Positions 1 through 9,524 of a stretch of DNA of 64,000 bases are shown here, piece after piece (position 1 is the stretch's first letter; each line of letters opens with the position of its first letter). The stretch lies in contig CAWCMR010000001.1 of assembly GCA_963796685.1 (NCBI GenBank), positions 32,001 through 96,000 on the forward strand, written 5' to 3'. Under the pieces are notes generated by a model that searched no databases, was not told the origin of the DNA, and worked only from the letters and a program-made list of their open reading frames with translations. Source of the stretch: an uncultured delta proteobacterium. GTDB lineage: Bacteria; Myxococcota_A; Polyangia; Fen-1088. Both the position numbers and the translations under genes were made by a program.

Positions 1-216
1 GGCTCCGTGTTCCGTCTGACCGTCGCCGATATCCTGGCACGCCGCCCGGCCCTGGAAATGGCCTACAACCCGAACGACTGTGTCGAGCTCCGCTGGGGCG
101 CCAGCGAAGGAACCGCCGACTTCGCGACCTGCAAGCGCCACGCGCCCGAGGAGCAGCGCGCGCGCATGCAAGCATACCGCACCTGGTTTCACGAGGCCAA
201 ACGCCCGAGTCGTTGA
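1..216 (+). CDS. C-terminal end of a hypothetical protein (5' end outside window)
   Basis: Open frame from position 1 to TGA at 214-216 with GC3-rich codons; no recognisable motif. Confidence 0.6.
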   Translation, partial: GSVFRLTVADILARRPALEMAYNPNDCVELRWGASEGTADFATCKRHAPEEQRARMQAYRTWFHEAKRPSR

Positions 217-217
217 A

Positions 218-435
218 ATGGGAACCCTGGGAGGGTTCCCATACCCTCCCGCGCTCTGGCTTCGGCGGGCGTAGCCCGCCTTCGCCTACGCGTTTGATGG
301 AAACCCTGGGAGGGTTTGCTCTGCACTCGGCACCCGCCAGCCCGTGCTCCTTCGCCTTTGGGGGCGAGCGTAGCCCAGCTTTGCTGGGCGAAGCGAGGGG
401 GGACCGGGGGACTGCGAGAGCGAGCCAGTCCCCCG
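218..435. repeat. Cluster of REP-like palindromes
   Basis: Hairpins ATGGGAACCCT-GGG-AGGGTTCCCAT (218-242), GGCGGGC-GTA-GCCCGCC (264-280), GCCCAGC-TTT-GCTGGGC (373-389) and CGGGGGACTG-N11-CAGTCCCCCG (405-435); partial second copy of the first hairpin at 297-317. Confidence 0.65.
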
Positions 436-650
436 TAAGATACAAGGGGCTGTCACGTTTCATGCCTGAAGGATCCGGGGCATCGGCCAAGCGGCGGTAC
501 TGGGAGAGTTTCCGTACTCATGGAGAAATGGCCTACGTTGTGAGCCTGTGCTCACCTATGCCCACGCACCAGTTTGCGCCCGGTGAAATGTTTTCCTAGT
601 GCTGTCGATGTATGTCCTATGATCGCGATGGAAACGCACATGATCTCGGC

Positions 651-666
651 TGGCCGAACGATTGCA
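651..666 (+). promoter_or_regulatory. sigma54 (-24/-12) promoter
   Basis: TGGCCG-AACGA-TTGCA matches TGGCAC-N5-TTGC spacing, 20 bp before ATG 687. Confidence 0.65.
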
Positions 667-686
667 TGCAAATGGAGTGGGGAAGA

Positions 687-1274
687 ATGGTAACCGTCCG
701 AAAACGCGATGCAGGTTTCACCCTCACGGAGCTGATGGTGGTGGTGGTGATCCTCTCGCTGCTTGCCGCGCTCTCGACACCGCTATTCACGCGTGACAAC
801 AACGCGCGCAGGGGGCGCGACTGGACCAAGATGGTCGCCCAACTCCTGCAGCGTGCCCGCTTCCAAGCCATGGGCGACAGGTCCAACATCCACGTTCTGC
901 TCTACCGCACCCGCGTCGACATCTACCGCGAAGAGCCGCCTGGAGCAGCGACACCCTTTACGCTGCTGAGCTCGACCCAAGGGCCTGCCGCCGACGGTGA
1001 CAAGACGGTGGCGATCTGGGATGCGAGAACGGACGTCACCCTCCCCTCCGCCCAAAACAGCACGCTGGTCGGCGCGCCCGCTGCGCCAACCTCGCCCACG
1101 CCCAACAACGACATCGTCTTTACCTCCCTCGGTAGCACGGCGAACACGACCAGTTGGCGCGTGTACCTGCGCAACGAGCTACTGGCATCGGTCCACCCCG
1201 ATGCCTCCTTCGTCATCAATATCGGCGGCCTGACTGGTTTCATCTCGACCAACGACAAGGTGACCTTGCCGTGA
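687..1274 (+). CDS. FimT/FimU-like minor type IV pilin
   Basis: Prepilin site RKRDAG|FTLTELMVVVVIL. Start moved from 612 to ATG 687 because it gives a short basic leader just downstream of the sigma54 site. Confidence 0.8.
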   Translation: MVTVRKRDAGFTLTELMVVVVILSLLAALSTPLFTRDNNARRGRDWTKMVAQLLQRARFQAMGDRSNIHVLLYRTRVDIYREEPPGAATPFTLLSSTQGPAADGDKTVAIWDARTDVTLPSAQNSTLVGAPAAPTSPTPNNDIVFTSLGSTANTTSWRVYLRNELLASVHPDASFVINIGGLTGFISTNDKVTLP

Positions 1275-1786
1275 CACGAGAGGCGGGTTTCACGCTCGTC
1301 GAAGTCATGGTTTCCATGCTCATCGGTACGATCGGGCTGATGGGCACGATTGCGGTTCAGCAGTCCATCATCAGTACTTCCCGAAGCGCCAACGACGCGG
1401 CCGTGGCCATGCGTCTGGCAAGCCAGAAGCTGGAAGAGCTGTCCAGCCGCAACACGGACAGCCAGCCCGCAGATATGGCCATCGGCTTGTTTCCGCTGGC
1501 CACGGCTCCCAACGCAACACCCGAATGGCGGCCGAAGGACGCAACGGGGCAAGCGGTGCCTGAATACCTCGACGCCGAGGGCCTCTGCGTTCGCGGCAGC
1601 GACGGCTTGCCCGTCGCGCCTCAGCCCGGGCAGCTGGGCCGCTATCGATGGCGCCGACAGTGGCGGGTGGTCGACACGGGAACCGGCTTGCCCTACGTGA
1701 TCTCGGTCATCGTCACCTACGACGGTGATTCCGGTACCCCCAAGACCGTCCGCCTCGATCTCGAAAGGAGGAAGTCCTGGAATTGA
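1271..1786 (+). CDS. pilV: PilV-like minor pilin
   Basis: GTG start overlaps the upstream TGA; REAG|FTLVEVMVSMLI prepilin motif. Confidence 0.75.
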   Translation: MTREAGFTLVEVMVSMLIGTIGLMGTIAVQQSIISTSRSANDAAVAMRLASQKLEELSSRNTDSQPADMAIGLFPLATAPNATPEWRPKDATGQAVPEYLDAEGLCVRGSDGLPVAPQPGQLGRYRWRRQWRVVDTGTGLPYVISVIVTYDGDSGTPKTVRLDLERRKSWN

Positions 1787-3096
1787 GGTATGGACGAAGG
1801 CCCAGCGCCGGCATGACCCTCGTCGAGATCATGATCACCCTGGTCATCTCCTCGATCATCGCGGCCTCGACTTTCATGTTCTTCGCGGGTCAGCAACGCA
1901 TTTACGATACCCAAACCAAGCTGCTCAACATCCAGCAGAACCTCTGGGCGTCCATGGAGGTGATGGCTCGCTACACGCGCGCCTCTGGAAGTGGCATGTA
2001 CGAGTGCGTACGCCCAGCGAGCTACTACAATGCGACCGCCGACAACGGCTCGCGGGTCCTCAGCACGACGCCCAGCGCAGGCCCGCTGACCGCCAGCTTG
2101 ACGGACAGGCCCCCCACCGGCATTCGCGCCTACAGTGCTGCCACCGGCGACATGCAGTGGATCCCGCCGCTGTGGATTGTCGACAACGACACCAGCGACA
2201 CCACGGCTGGAGTCATCGAGAACACGGATGTGATCAGCGTGGCCTTCGGGAATCGCACCTCGGGCGCGGACATCGATGCCCCGCTCTCGCTCGATTTCGC
2301 CAGCACCACGCCCGCAGCAGTCATCAACCTGGCCGGCGTCGGCACGGGAGGCATGTTCCGCCTCGGGGAATTCGTTCTTCTGCTCACCACGCCGGACTGG
2401 ACCTACGGCGGCGATCCCAACGTCGATCGCGGATGCACCATGTTCCAGATCACCTCCGATCCGATCGGGTCCAACACCCTGGCCCACCCCGCAACCGCCA
2501 TTGGCGCCGGGGGTATCGTTTGGAATCCGAGCGGCGATATCCCCGGCATGCTCCCCATCGGGGGCTACACCGGTGGTTCGGCCGGAGTGCGCAATTTCGG
2601 GCAGCTCACCTGGGTGACCTTCTTCGTACAGACCGGGAGCAATGGCATTCCCAATCTGATGATGCAAGAGCGGCATCTCGGCGGAACCTCCGGTACGGCG
2701 CAGGTCCTGGCCGAGGGAATCGAGGATCTCCAGGTGTCGTTCGCCTGCGATACGGGAAGCCTGGCCAACAGCAACCTGACCCAACTCAATGGCCAGCTCG
2801 ACGAAGGCACCGACGACGCCACCAAGATGGACGACGAGTGGTGGAACAACGTGCCCAACGACCACTTACCCCTGATCGGCACCGCGGGGTTCTGCAACAT
2901 GCCCACCGCTGTGCGCCTGACCCTGGTCGTACGCACCCTGACACCCGACGATTTCATCGACACCTCCATCACCAACAACGGTCCCATGGACGTCGAAGAC
3001 CATCACTACCCGGCAGACTCGACCCGGCCCAGGGATCAATTCCGACGCCGCGTGCTCACAACGACCGTCTATCCCCGCAACAACAAGCCCCTATAG
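1783..3096 (+). CDS. pilW: PilW-like minor pilin
   Basis: SAG|MTLVEIMITLVI motif and the PilW-type C-terminal LAEGIEDLQVSF...AVRLTLVVRT segment. Confidence 0.8.
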   Translation: MRYGRRPSAGMTLVEIMITLVISSIIAASTFMFFAGQQRIYDTQTKLLNIQQNLWASMEVMARYTRASGSGMYECVRPASYYNATADNGSRVLSTTPSAGPLTASLTDRPPTGIRAYSAATGDMQWIPPLWIVDNDTSDTTAGVIENTDVISVAFGNRTSGADIDAPLSLDFASTTPAAVINLAGVGTGGMFRLGEFVLLLTTPDWTYGGDPNVDRGCTMFQITSDPIGSNTLAHPATAIGAGGIVWNPSGDIPGMLPIGGYTGGSAGVRNFGQLTWVTFFVQTGSNGIPNLMMQERHLGGTSGTAQVLAEGIEDLQVSFACDTGSLANSNLTQLNGQLDEGTDDATKMDDEWWNNVPNDHLPLIGTAGFCNMPTAVRLTLVVRTLTPDDFIDTSITNNGPMDVEDHHYPADSTRPRDQFRRRVLTTTVYPRNNKPL

Positions 3097-4463
3097 TCCA
3101 TAGTCCGTCTACCTCCACGACCATCCGTCACCGTGACCGATCCGGCGTGTCGCTTCGCCGTTCGCTCGAACACCGCAAACTCCCGGCGGAGGGGGGTGGA
3201 ACCGTGATTGCCCATGGTTGGCGCCGGCGGGGCAGCAGGGGGCGAGGGGGCAGTGTGTGGCGCCGGTGGGAGACCCGCGGGCGCCGGGGGCACAGGAGGG
3301 GGTGCTGGTGGGGAAGGCGGCGCCGGTGGCGGTGCCGGTGCCGGCGGAGGTGTCTGATCCTGTATCGGCAGCGGCGCGATGGCGGGCGCGGGCGGCGGCG
3401 CGGGGACCGGGGCCGGAATAGGTGGCGGGGCCATTCGTGGGTGGGGTGGCAGCGGCGGAGGAAGGGCGACCGCGGCCCGGGCCGGCGGAGTTGGCCTCGT
3501 GGGAGGCGTGAGGCTGACGAAAGGCGAGGTCTTTTGCCACGTCACGCTGCTCATGTTGCGAAACGTGCCGGTGGCGCGAAACCCGATGAATCCGTCGGGC
3601 CGCTTGCCCATCTGGGCGGTCAAATCCATGATGGTGCGCAGCTTTTCCGAGCTGCGCAACAGGCTGTCGCTCAGCTTGAAGCGAACGTAGAGATCCACGT
3701 GCGATGCGGCGAGGGGCTGGGCAAGGTGGATTTCGCCTTCGACGCTGACCTCGAGATCCTGCGACTTGAGCTGAATGTTTTGCAGGCGTCCCACGCCTTT
3801 GTCCATGACGACCTTGCCCGAGAAGTCACCCAGCCGAATCTTGGGCAAACCCAACCCCTCCGCGAGCAGGGGATTGCTCGCAATGGTCAGCTTGGCCTTG
3901 CCGTCGCCCACGGCGCAGGCCGTACACGTCCAGGCCAGCGTTCCCTTCGTTTCGGACGGGCGCTGCTTCGGCATCTCCACGTCCATCTTGAGATCGAGTT
4001 TCCCTGCCAGGGGAAGATTGATGGCGCTCTTCACCCAAGGGATCTCGGCCAGATCGATCTCGTCCGCGCGCGTTCGGACGGTCGTGTCGCTCTTGCCGAC
4101 CTTCGCTTTGACATCGAGATCGCCGCCGAAAACCTTCGCAGAGACACTGTACGCGTTGGTTCCGAACAAGTAAGAGAGGAACGACCAACTCAGGGTGGCC
4201 TTGTCGATCAGGATGCGTGTCGGTTTCTCGGTTCCACTCGCCGGCGATACCAGCGTGACTTCCCTGAGCGTCATGCCCCCACCGAGCGAAGGACCCGCGT
4301 GCTTCGCTTCCATGTCGTAGCCCATGCCCGCCACCTTGCTCGCCAGCAGGTCCTTGAAGCGCCCATAGGGTAGCGACACGTAAAAGACGATGGCGAAGAC
4401 AAGAAAGCCGAAAACCGTGATGGCGCCAATCTTGCCGAACCGGCGCAGCTTCTCGCTGGGCAT
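3069..4463 (-). CDS. gspN: Type II secretion protein GspN with Pro-rich tail
   Basis: N-terminal TM helix, YVSLPY motif, beta-rich body; last gene of the gsp operon. Confidence 0.75.
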   Translation of the reverse strand: MPSEKLRRFGKIGAITVFGFLVFAIVFYVSLPYGRFKDLLASKVAGMGYDMEAKHAGPSLGGGMTLREVTLVSPASGTEKPTRILIDKATLSWSFLSYLFGTNAYSVSAKVFGGDLDVKAKVGKSDTTVRTRADEIDLAEIPWVKSAINLPLAGKLDLKMDVEMPKQRPSETKGTLAWTCTACAVGDGKAKLTIASNPLLAEGLGLPKIRLGDFSGKVVMDKGVGRLQNIQLKSQDLEVSVEGEIHLAQPLAASHVDLYVRFKLSDSLLRSSEKLRTIMDLTAQMGKRPDGFIGFRATGTFRNMSSVTWQKTSPFVSLTPPTRPTPPARAAVALPPPLPPHPRMAPPPIPAPVPAPPPAPAIAPLPIQDQTPPPAPAPPPAPPSPPAPPPVPPAPAGLPPAPHTAPSPPAAPPAPTMGNHGSTPLRREFAVFERTAKRHAGSVTVTDGRGGRRTMDYRGLLLRG

Positions 4464-4466
4464 GGT

Positions 4467-5117
4467 CTAGCCCTTGCCCTTTCCGGCCGCGGCGCCACCC
4501 TTGAGCAAAGGCTTCTTGCCACCACTCTTGATTCTCTCGTACGTGGTCGCGGTCAAATCCACGTCGACCGTGGTGCCATCGCCGCCGAAGCTGCGCCGGA
4601 TCTGCAGACGCGTGACGAGCACCAGGCTGCGGCCGGTTTCCACCTTGCTGAGAAAGTTGGCGAGCGATTTCAGGTCGACCTTGCGCAGCTTGACGTCCAG
4701 GCTGTGCTCGATATAGCGCTTGCCCGCGGGCGCGTCGGGACGGTCGGCGGTCTCCGGGATCTGGATGCCGGCTTCTTTGGCCGCAGCTTCCAAATCGGCG
4801 GCGAGCTGCGGGGGCTCGCTGCCGATGCGCAGCGCTTGCGCCGCCGCGCGCGCCTTGGCATCGCGGAACTCGTCGCTGTGCTTGGCGATGGCGTCGAGAG
4901 CGTCGCGCATGTCCCGGTTGTCCTGGGACATGGTCTGCATGGCATCGAAGACCAGGTACCCGATGACCAGGACGGCACAGCCCGCGAACGCGCCGCCCAG
5001 GATCGAAATCAGGCGTCGCTCGCGCGCCGACATGCGATTCCATTCGACGGCGGCATAGGCGCCCGGACGCCCGACCAGGGTTCGGAGTTTGGCGAATAGA
5101 CGCATCAAGAATCTCAT
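4467..5117 (-). CDS. gspM: Type II secretion protein GspM
   Basis: WNRMSARERRLI followed by TM helix, coiled coil and ferredoxin-like C-terminus; operon position. Confidence 0.8.
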   Translation of the reverse strand: MRFLMRLFAKLRTLVGRPGAYAAVEWNRMSARERRLISILGGAFAGCAVLVIGYLVFDAMQTMSQDNRDMRDALDAIAKHSDEFRDAKARAAAQALRIGSEPPQLAADLEAAAKEAGIQIPETADRPDAPAGKRYIEHSLDVKLRKVDLKSLANFLSKVETGRSLVLVTRLQIRRSFGGDGTTVDVDLTATTYERIKSGGKKPLLKGGAAAGKGKG

Positions 5118-5130
5118 GGGTTCATCATCC

Positions 5131-6744
5131 TCAAGGGCACTTGGACGCGATGGTTAGGGTGAACTGCTTGGCACCTCCCGAAACCTCGGTGATGGGGCCC
5201 TTGCTGATGTCCTCGAAACACTCGACGCCCTTCAACTTGGCGACGATCTCGTCGACCGCGGCAGCGGAGTCGATGGTGCCCTTGATGGTGGTCTTCTTCG
5301 GCTTGATGTCGAGATCCTCGATGTCGATCTTGACCTTGTCGGCGGATGGGATGTGGCTGGAAATGTCGTCCAACAAATCGTAGGCCGTGGCCTTGGGCAA
5401 GGGCGCCATCTCGTCACGGAAGCTGCGCTTGAGCGCCGCGGTTACGTCGGTCGCCTCCATGCGGGTCTCGCCGAAGAGCTCCTTGGTGGCGGTTTGAAGC
5501 TGCGCCTTGAGCACGCGCTGCTCGGCCGATAACCGGCGCAAGGTCATGGTGGCGTGGATGCCGCCACAGACAAGCAAGGACGCGGCCAGGAAGACGAGGT
5601 GCGAGGCCCGTTGGCGCAGGATGGAGAAGCTCGCCCGGTACTGGAACTCCCCGCGCCGAAGATCCAACTGTTTGTGTCCACGCACGGCGATTTCGGCGAT
5701 GGTGCTGGCCAGCACGAAGCGGTCGGCCTCCGGCTCCCGCGCTTCGATCTCGACGGGAAGCCCGTCCGGTCCCTCCTTGGCCTCGGGTGGTGCGAGCAGA
5801 GGGCGCACGGGGATGGCCAGCTCGTCCTCGAGAAAGCCCGCCAGACCCGCGAGCCGCGAGCCGCCGCCGGTCAGCAGGATTTCCTCCACGGGCGCCTTGT
5901 CCTTGGCCGCGAAGCTGGTCAAGGTCTGGCGCAGATCGCGCAGAAGGGGCTGCAGCGCCTCGCGCACGATGGTATCGACGTTGACCTCCACGTTGGTCGC
6001 GGCGGGCCGGCGGCTGCTGGCCACGAATCCGACCTGCGCCTTGCCCTGCTCGGCCTGCTCCCAGGTCCAGGTGCCCTTCGACGCGCGCACAAGGCCCTTG
6101 GTGATGGCCTCGCCCCCGTCGAGCAGCGTGCGCGCGAACACGGCCTCGTCCCCGACGACGAAGCACAGGTTGGTGCGACGGTGTCCGATGTCCGCGATCA
6201 CGCGGCACCCTGGTGGACTGTCGTCGAGGACGACCGCGGGGCTTCGTGGCCGGTACAGCAAAGGCGCCACATAGAGCGACCGCGCATCCACATTGCAACC
6301 CTTCATCGCCTCGAGGAAGGTGCGCACCGCCTCGATGCGGGCGGCCACCACCAAAGCGCGACACCCGGCGTCGCCCTCGTCGACTTGCCCGCGCGCCGAC
6401 AGCACGACGTGGTCCAGAATCACGTCGTTGAGCTCGTGAATGATCTGGCCTTCCATCTCGTAGCCCACGACCTGATCGATCTTGCGCGCATCCGCGAAGG
6501 GCAGCTCCAGCACGCGCAGGGTCAGCATGTCCCCCGGCAAGGCCAGGTAGGCGGTGGTTCCGCCCGGCAGGCGCAAGGCACCTTGGCGCAAGGCTTCGTA
6601 CTGCCGTTCGATGAAGGGCCGCTCGTCGACGGCGACGCGCTCTTCGAACATCGAGGCGACCCGGGTGTGGCGGAATCCCACGTCGAGAACGGTGAACTTC
6701 ACCGCCCAGGAGCCAAGGTCGATTCCGGTGATGGTATGGGCCAT
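5131..6744 (-). CDS. gspL: Type II secretion protein GspL (PilM-like actin fold plus PilN-like C-terminus)
   Basis: GIDLG and LTGGGS actin-fold motifs, then TM helix and periplasmic domain. Confidence 0.8.
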   Translation of the reverse strand: MAHTITGIDLGSWAVKFTVLDVGFRHTRVASMFEERVAVDERPFIERQYEALRQGALRLPGGTTAYLALPGDMLTLRVLELPFADARKIDQVVGYEMEGQIIHELNDVILDHVVLSARGQVDEGDAGCRALVVAARIEAVRTFLEAMKGCNVDARSLYVAPLLYRPRSPAVVLDDSPPGCRVIADIGHRRTNLCFVVGDEAVFARTLLDGGEAITKGLVRASKGTWTWEQAEQGKAQVGFVASSRRPAATNVEVNVDTIVREALQPLLRDLRQTLTSFAAKDKAPVEEILLTGGGSRLAGLAGFLEDELAIPVRPLLAPPEAKEGPDGLPVEIEAREPEADRFVLASTIAEIAVRGHKQLDLRRGEFQYRASFSILRQRASHLVFLAASLLVCGGIHATMTLRRLSAEQRVLKAQLQTATKELFGETRMEATDVTAALKRSFRDEMAPLPKATAYDLLDDISSHIPSADKVKIDIEDLDIKPKKTTIKGTIDSAAAVDEIVAKLKGVECFEDISKGPITEVSGGAKQFTLTIASKCP

Positions 6745-6751
6745 GGTGCTG

Positions 6752-8137
6752 CTATTCCTCCCGCCAATACTGGAAAACCCCGGCAGCCTTCTCGCTGGCG
6801 GCGTCGTTCGTGACCGGGTTGTCGAGGCTGCGCGCGGTGTCCAGGATCGCAGTGATCCGCTTCTTCACCTTGCCGGACTCGCCGGTGGTCACGACCCGGT
6901 ACACGCGCGGTGGCCCGACATAGGCCACTTGCGACAGTTGCTGCTCGGTGATGGTGATGCCGGTCAGGTTCTGCATCATCTGGAAGCGCGGATCGTCCTT
7001 GGACAACGAACCCGCCGGATTGGTCAGCACGCCGATGACGGTCTTGAGGCTGTCGAAGCCGACCGCGGCGCTGCGCTCGCACAGCACGCTGGCCAGGGGG
7101 TAGATGCGGTTGTCGTCCAAGACGGACGGATCCGTGGGCGGCACCGTCGGATCGGGAATCAGCGCCGCGCGCACCAGCCCGACGATGAGGGGCGTGCAGT
7201 CGCCCTTGACCGAGGCCAGGTTGACCTTGCAGTTCTCGTCGCTGGCGTAGGTGGTGAGGTAGGGCTTGAAGGCCTCGGAAAAATCCGCGTTCATGCCGCG
7301 CACGAGCGCGGTCTCGCCGACGGTGTCGTAGTAGTTGTTGTTGGCGAGGTACGGATCCGCACGCTGGTCGTAGCGGTAGTCCTCCGGCCCGGCGTTGTTG
7401 GCGTCGATACTGAACATCTGCTCGTCGCCGTCGGCCCAGTCGATGAGCGCACGCGCCAGATCCGTGCGATCGACGAACATGCCGTCGGCGTCGGGCGTGG
7501 AGAACAGCAGGTCGTAGCGCGGGGACATGGTGAGCGCCGTGAGCAGCCGGAAGACCGTGATCTGCCGGCTGCGCACGGGGGCGGGACCGCCGCCGCAGTT
7601 GATGTCGATCTTGCCATCCTCGTTGGAGATCTCGGCATCCATGTGACCTGGCACGGCGGAAAGGCCCTTGGCCTGGCTGGTGTCGATGCCGACCATGCCG
7701 CCAAGCATGGCGACATCGGTCTTGTTGCCGCCGAAGAAGCCGAGCAGCATGGGCGCGTAGTCGGTGACGCGCAAGCTGATGCCGAGATCCTGGCCGTTGT
7801 TCATCTGGGCGAGCATCGCTTGCGCCTGGCTCATGATGGGCTCGACGAACTTGAGCTGGATCTTGATGAGCATGCGCGACAGCTCCATGGCCGAGCGCGC
7901 GAGGTAGTGGGCGCGCAGCTCGTCGCGCGCATTGGCGGCCTGCGCGGCGTCCACGGTCGTGCCGTAGGAGAATTGCGACACCAACGCAATCAGCAGGGAA
8001 AGCGCGGAGATCGTCACCAGCAAGGCCACGCCGCTCTGCCGGTCGCGGCTGCGGCGCGCGCGGAATCGCCCCACGAGCGCCGCGCGCATTCCGACGCGGG
8101 CTCGTTTCGCTGTCGTGGTCTTCTTGGACGTGAGCAT
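6752..8137 (-). CDS. gspK: Minor pseudopilin GspK
   Basis: QSG|VALLVTI site (no Glu+5), EDGKIDIN and LIDWADGD motifs; start at ATG 8137. Confidence 0.85.
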   Translation of the reverse strand: MLTSKKTTTAKRARVGMRAALVGRFRARRSRDRQSGVALLVTISALSLLIALVSQFSYGTTVDAAQAANARDELRAHYLARSAMELSRMLIKIQLKFVEPIMSQAQAMLAQMNNGQDLGISLRVTDYAPMLLGFFGGNKTDVAMLGGMVGIDTSQAKGLSAVPGHMDAEISNEDGKIDINCGGGPAPVRSRQITVFRLLTALTMSPRYDLLFSTPDADGMFVDRTDLARALIDWADGDEQMFSIDANNAGPEDYRYDQRADPYLANNNYYDTVGETALVRGMNADFSEAFKPYLTTYASDENCKVNLASVKGDCTPLIVGLVRAALIPDPTVPPTDPSVLDDNRIYPLASVLCERSAAVGFDSLKTVIGVLTNPAGSLSKDDPRFQMMQNLTGITITEQQLSQVAYVGPPRVYRVVTTGESGKVKKRITAILDTARSLDNPVTNDAASEKAAGVFQYWREE

Positions 8138-8142
8138 GGGTC

Positions 8143-8841
8143 TCAGGATTTTCCGGGCCGGTAGCTGACCTTCTCGAGGACGTGAAGGCGCGCGATGCTG
8201 GTGAAGGTGATGGGGGCGCCCCGCTCGTCGAGCACGGTGAGCGAGATGCGGACCTGCGTGGGTAGGTACTGTTGCCCGTCGGCCGTGGTGGTGTCCCACT
8301 CCTCGCGCCAGTCTTTCTGTTTGTAGTCGTAGTAAGCGAATTTGAGGCGCGAGACGTTCGGACAGAGCATGTAGGTTTCGCCCGGGATGAGCTTCGGATC
8401 CTTGGCCTCGAGGCGCCGCGTCTCGCGACGCATGAGGTTGGTGATGGTCGAGTCGTCGGGGTCGGGCTCGGGGAAGTAGCTGACCAGCGCGGTGTCGCCC
8501 TCCGGCGCGTCCAGGCGCAGACGCTGGTGGCCAAACCACGAGAAGCGCAATTCGTCGAAGTCGCTGTGCGAGGTTCCCGAGAACATGGTGCGCCGGTCTT
8601 GCGTGCCCGAGGTCTCGTCGTCCATGAAGGCCAATTCAATCTCGCGGGTCATACGCATCAGCGCCACGCGCACGGTGTGGGTGCGATCCTGCTCCTGCTC
8701 GATGTGCTTTTTGACCTTCGCGGTCTGGGCGATGGTTCCCCACAAAAGCGAGGTCAAGAAGGCCATGAGCGCGAGCGCCAACATGACCTCGATGAGCGTG
8801 AAGCCGTGCTCTGTTGGTTTGGTGGAAGAACGCATGGTCAT
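8143..8841 (-). CDS. gspJ: Minor pseudopilin GspJ
   Basis: HG|FTLIEVMLAL site, WREEWDT and LPTQVRI motifs; ATGA overlap with the gspI stop. Confidence 0.85.
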   Translation of the reverse strand: MTMRSSTKPTEHGFTLIEVMLALALMAFLTSLLWGTIAQTAKVKKHIEQEQDRTHTVRVALMRMTREIELAFMDDETSGTQDRRTMFSGTSHSDFDELRFSWFGHQRLRLDAPEGDTALVSYFPEPDPDDSTITNLMRRETRRLEAKDPKLIPGETYMLCPNVSRLKFAYYDYKQKDWREEWDTTTADGQQYLPTQVRISLTVLDERGAPITFTSIARLHVLEKVSYRPGKS

Positions 8842-9524
8842 GGCTTCGCCGCCGAGGTCGCGCTGACCGAGGAGGTCTTGACGCCGCCGCTCGTGCCGGT
8901 GCTCGTGCTCGTGCCGGTGGCCGTGCCCGTGGCGCCTGTCGCCGCCATCTGGACCGCCATTTCGAGCCGCGAGGGATCGGTCAAGAACGACACCACCTCG
9001 AAGGATTGTTCGCGCTTGCCGGCCTCGTTCCAACTGACCCTCACGGTGAGCTTGCGCACGGACTCTTGCAAACCGAGGCGAATCGGATCCATGAGCGTGG
9101 ACATGAACCCGCCCATGAAGCCGCTCAGCATCTCCATGGGATTGGTCGACTGGGTCGCCTTGGTGGACGCTTCCTGCACCTTCTGCGTGGAGTCCTCCGG
9201 CAGCTCGATGCGTTCGACGTTGGTGTACCAGCGGAAGCTCGGGAACCCTTCCTCGGCGAAGTCACCGTTGTCCTCACCGTCCATTTCGGAGAACCCGTAT
9301 TCGAGCAGGCTCTGCTCCATCATGGAGATGCGCGTGCGCGCCAGAAAGGTGGCGGCGGTGGTGAGGCGCGAGTGGTTGGCGGCGACGACATTGGTCGTCA
9401 CCACGCGCGACAGGATGACCAAGGACATGGCCAGGATGGCGAGCGACACCATGACCTCGAGCAGGGAAAAGCCCGCCTCGCACCCGCGCGATTCCCCGCG
9501 TGCGGCGATCGGCGCGCGCCTCAT
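8838..9524 (-). CDS. gspI: Minor pseudopilin GspI
   Basis: AG|FSLLEVMVSLAIL site; operon position. Confidence 0.8.
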   Translation of the reverse strand: MRRAPIAARGESRGCEAGFSLLEVMVSLAILAMSLVILSRVVTTNVVAANHSRLTTAATFLARTRISMMEQSLLEYGFSEMDGEDNGDFAEEGFPSFRWYTNVERIELPEDSTQKVQEASTKATQSTNPMEMLSGFMGGFMSTLMDPIRLGLQESVRKLTVRVSWNEAGKREQSFEVVSFLTDPSRLEMAVQMAATGATGTATGTSTSTGTSGGVKTSSVSATSAAKP

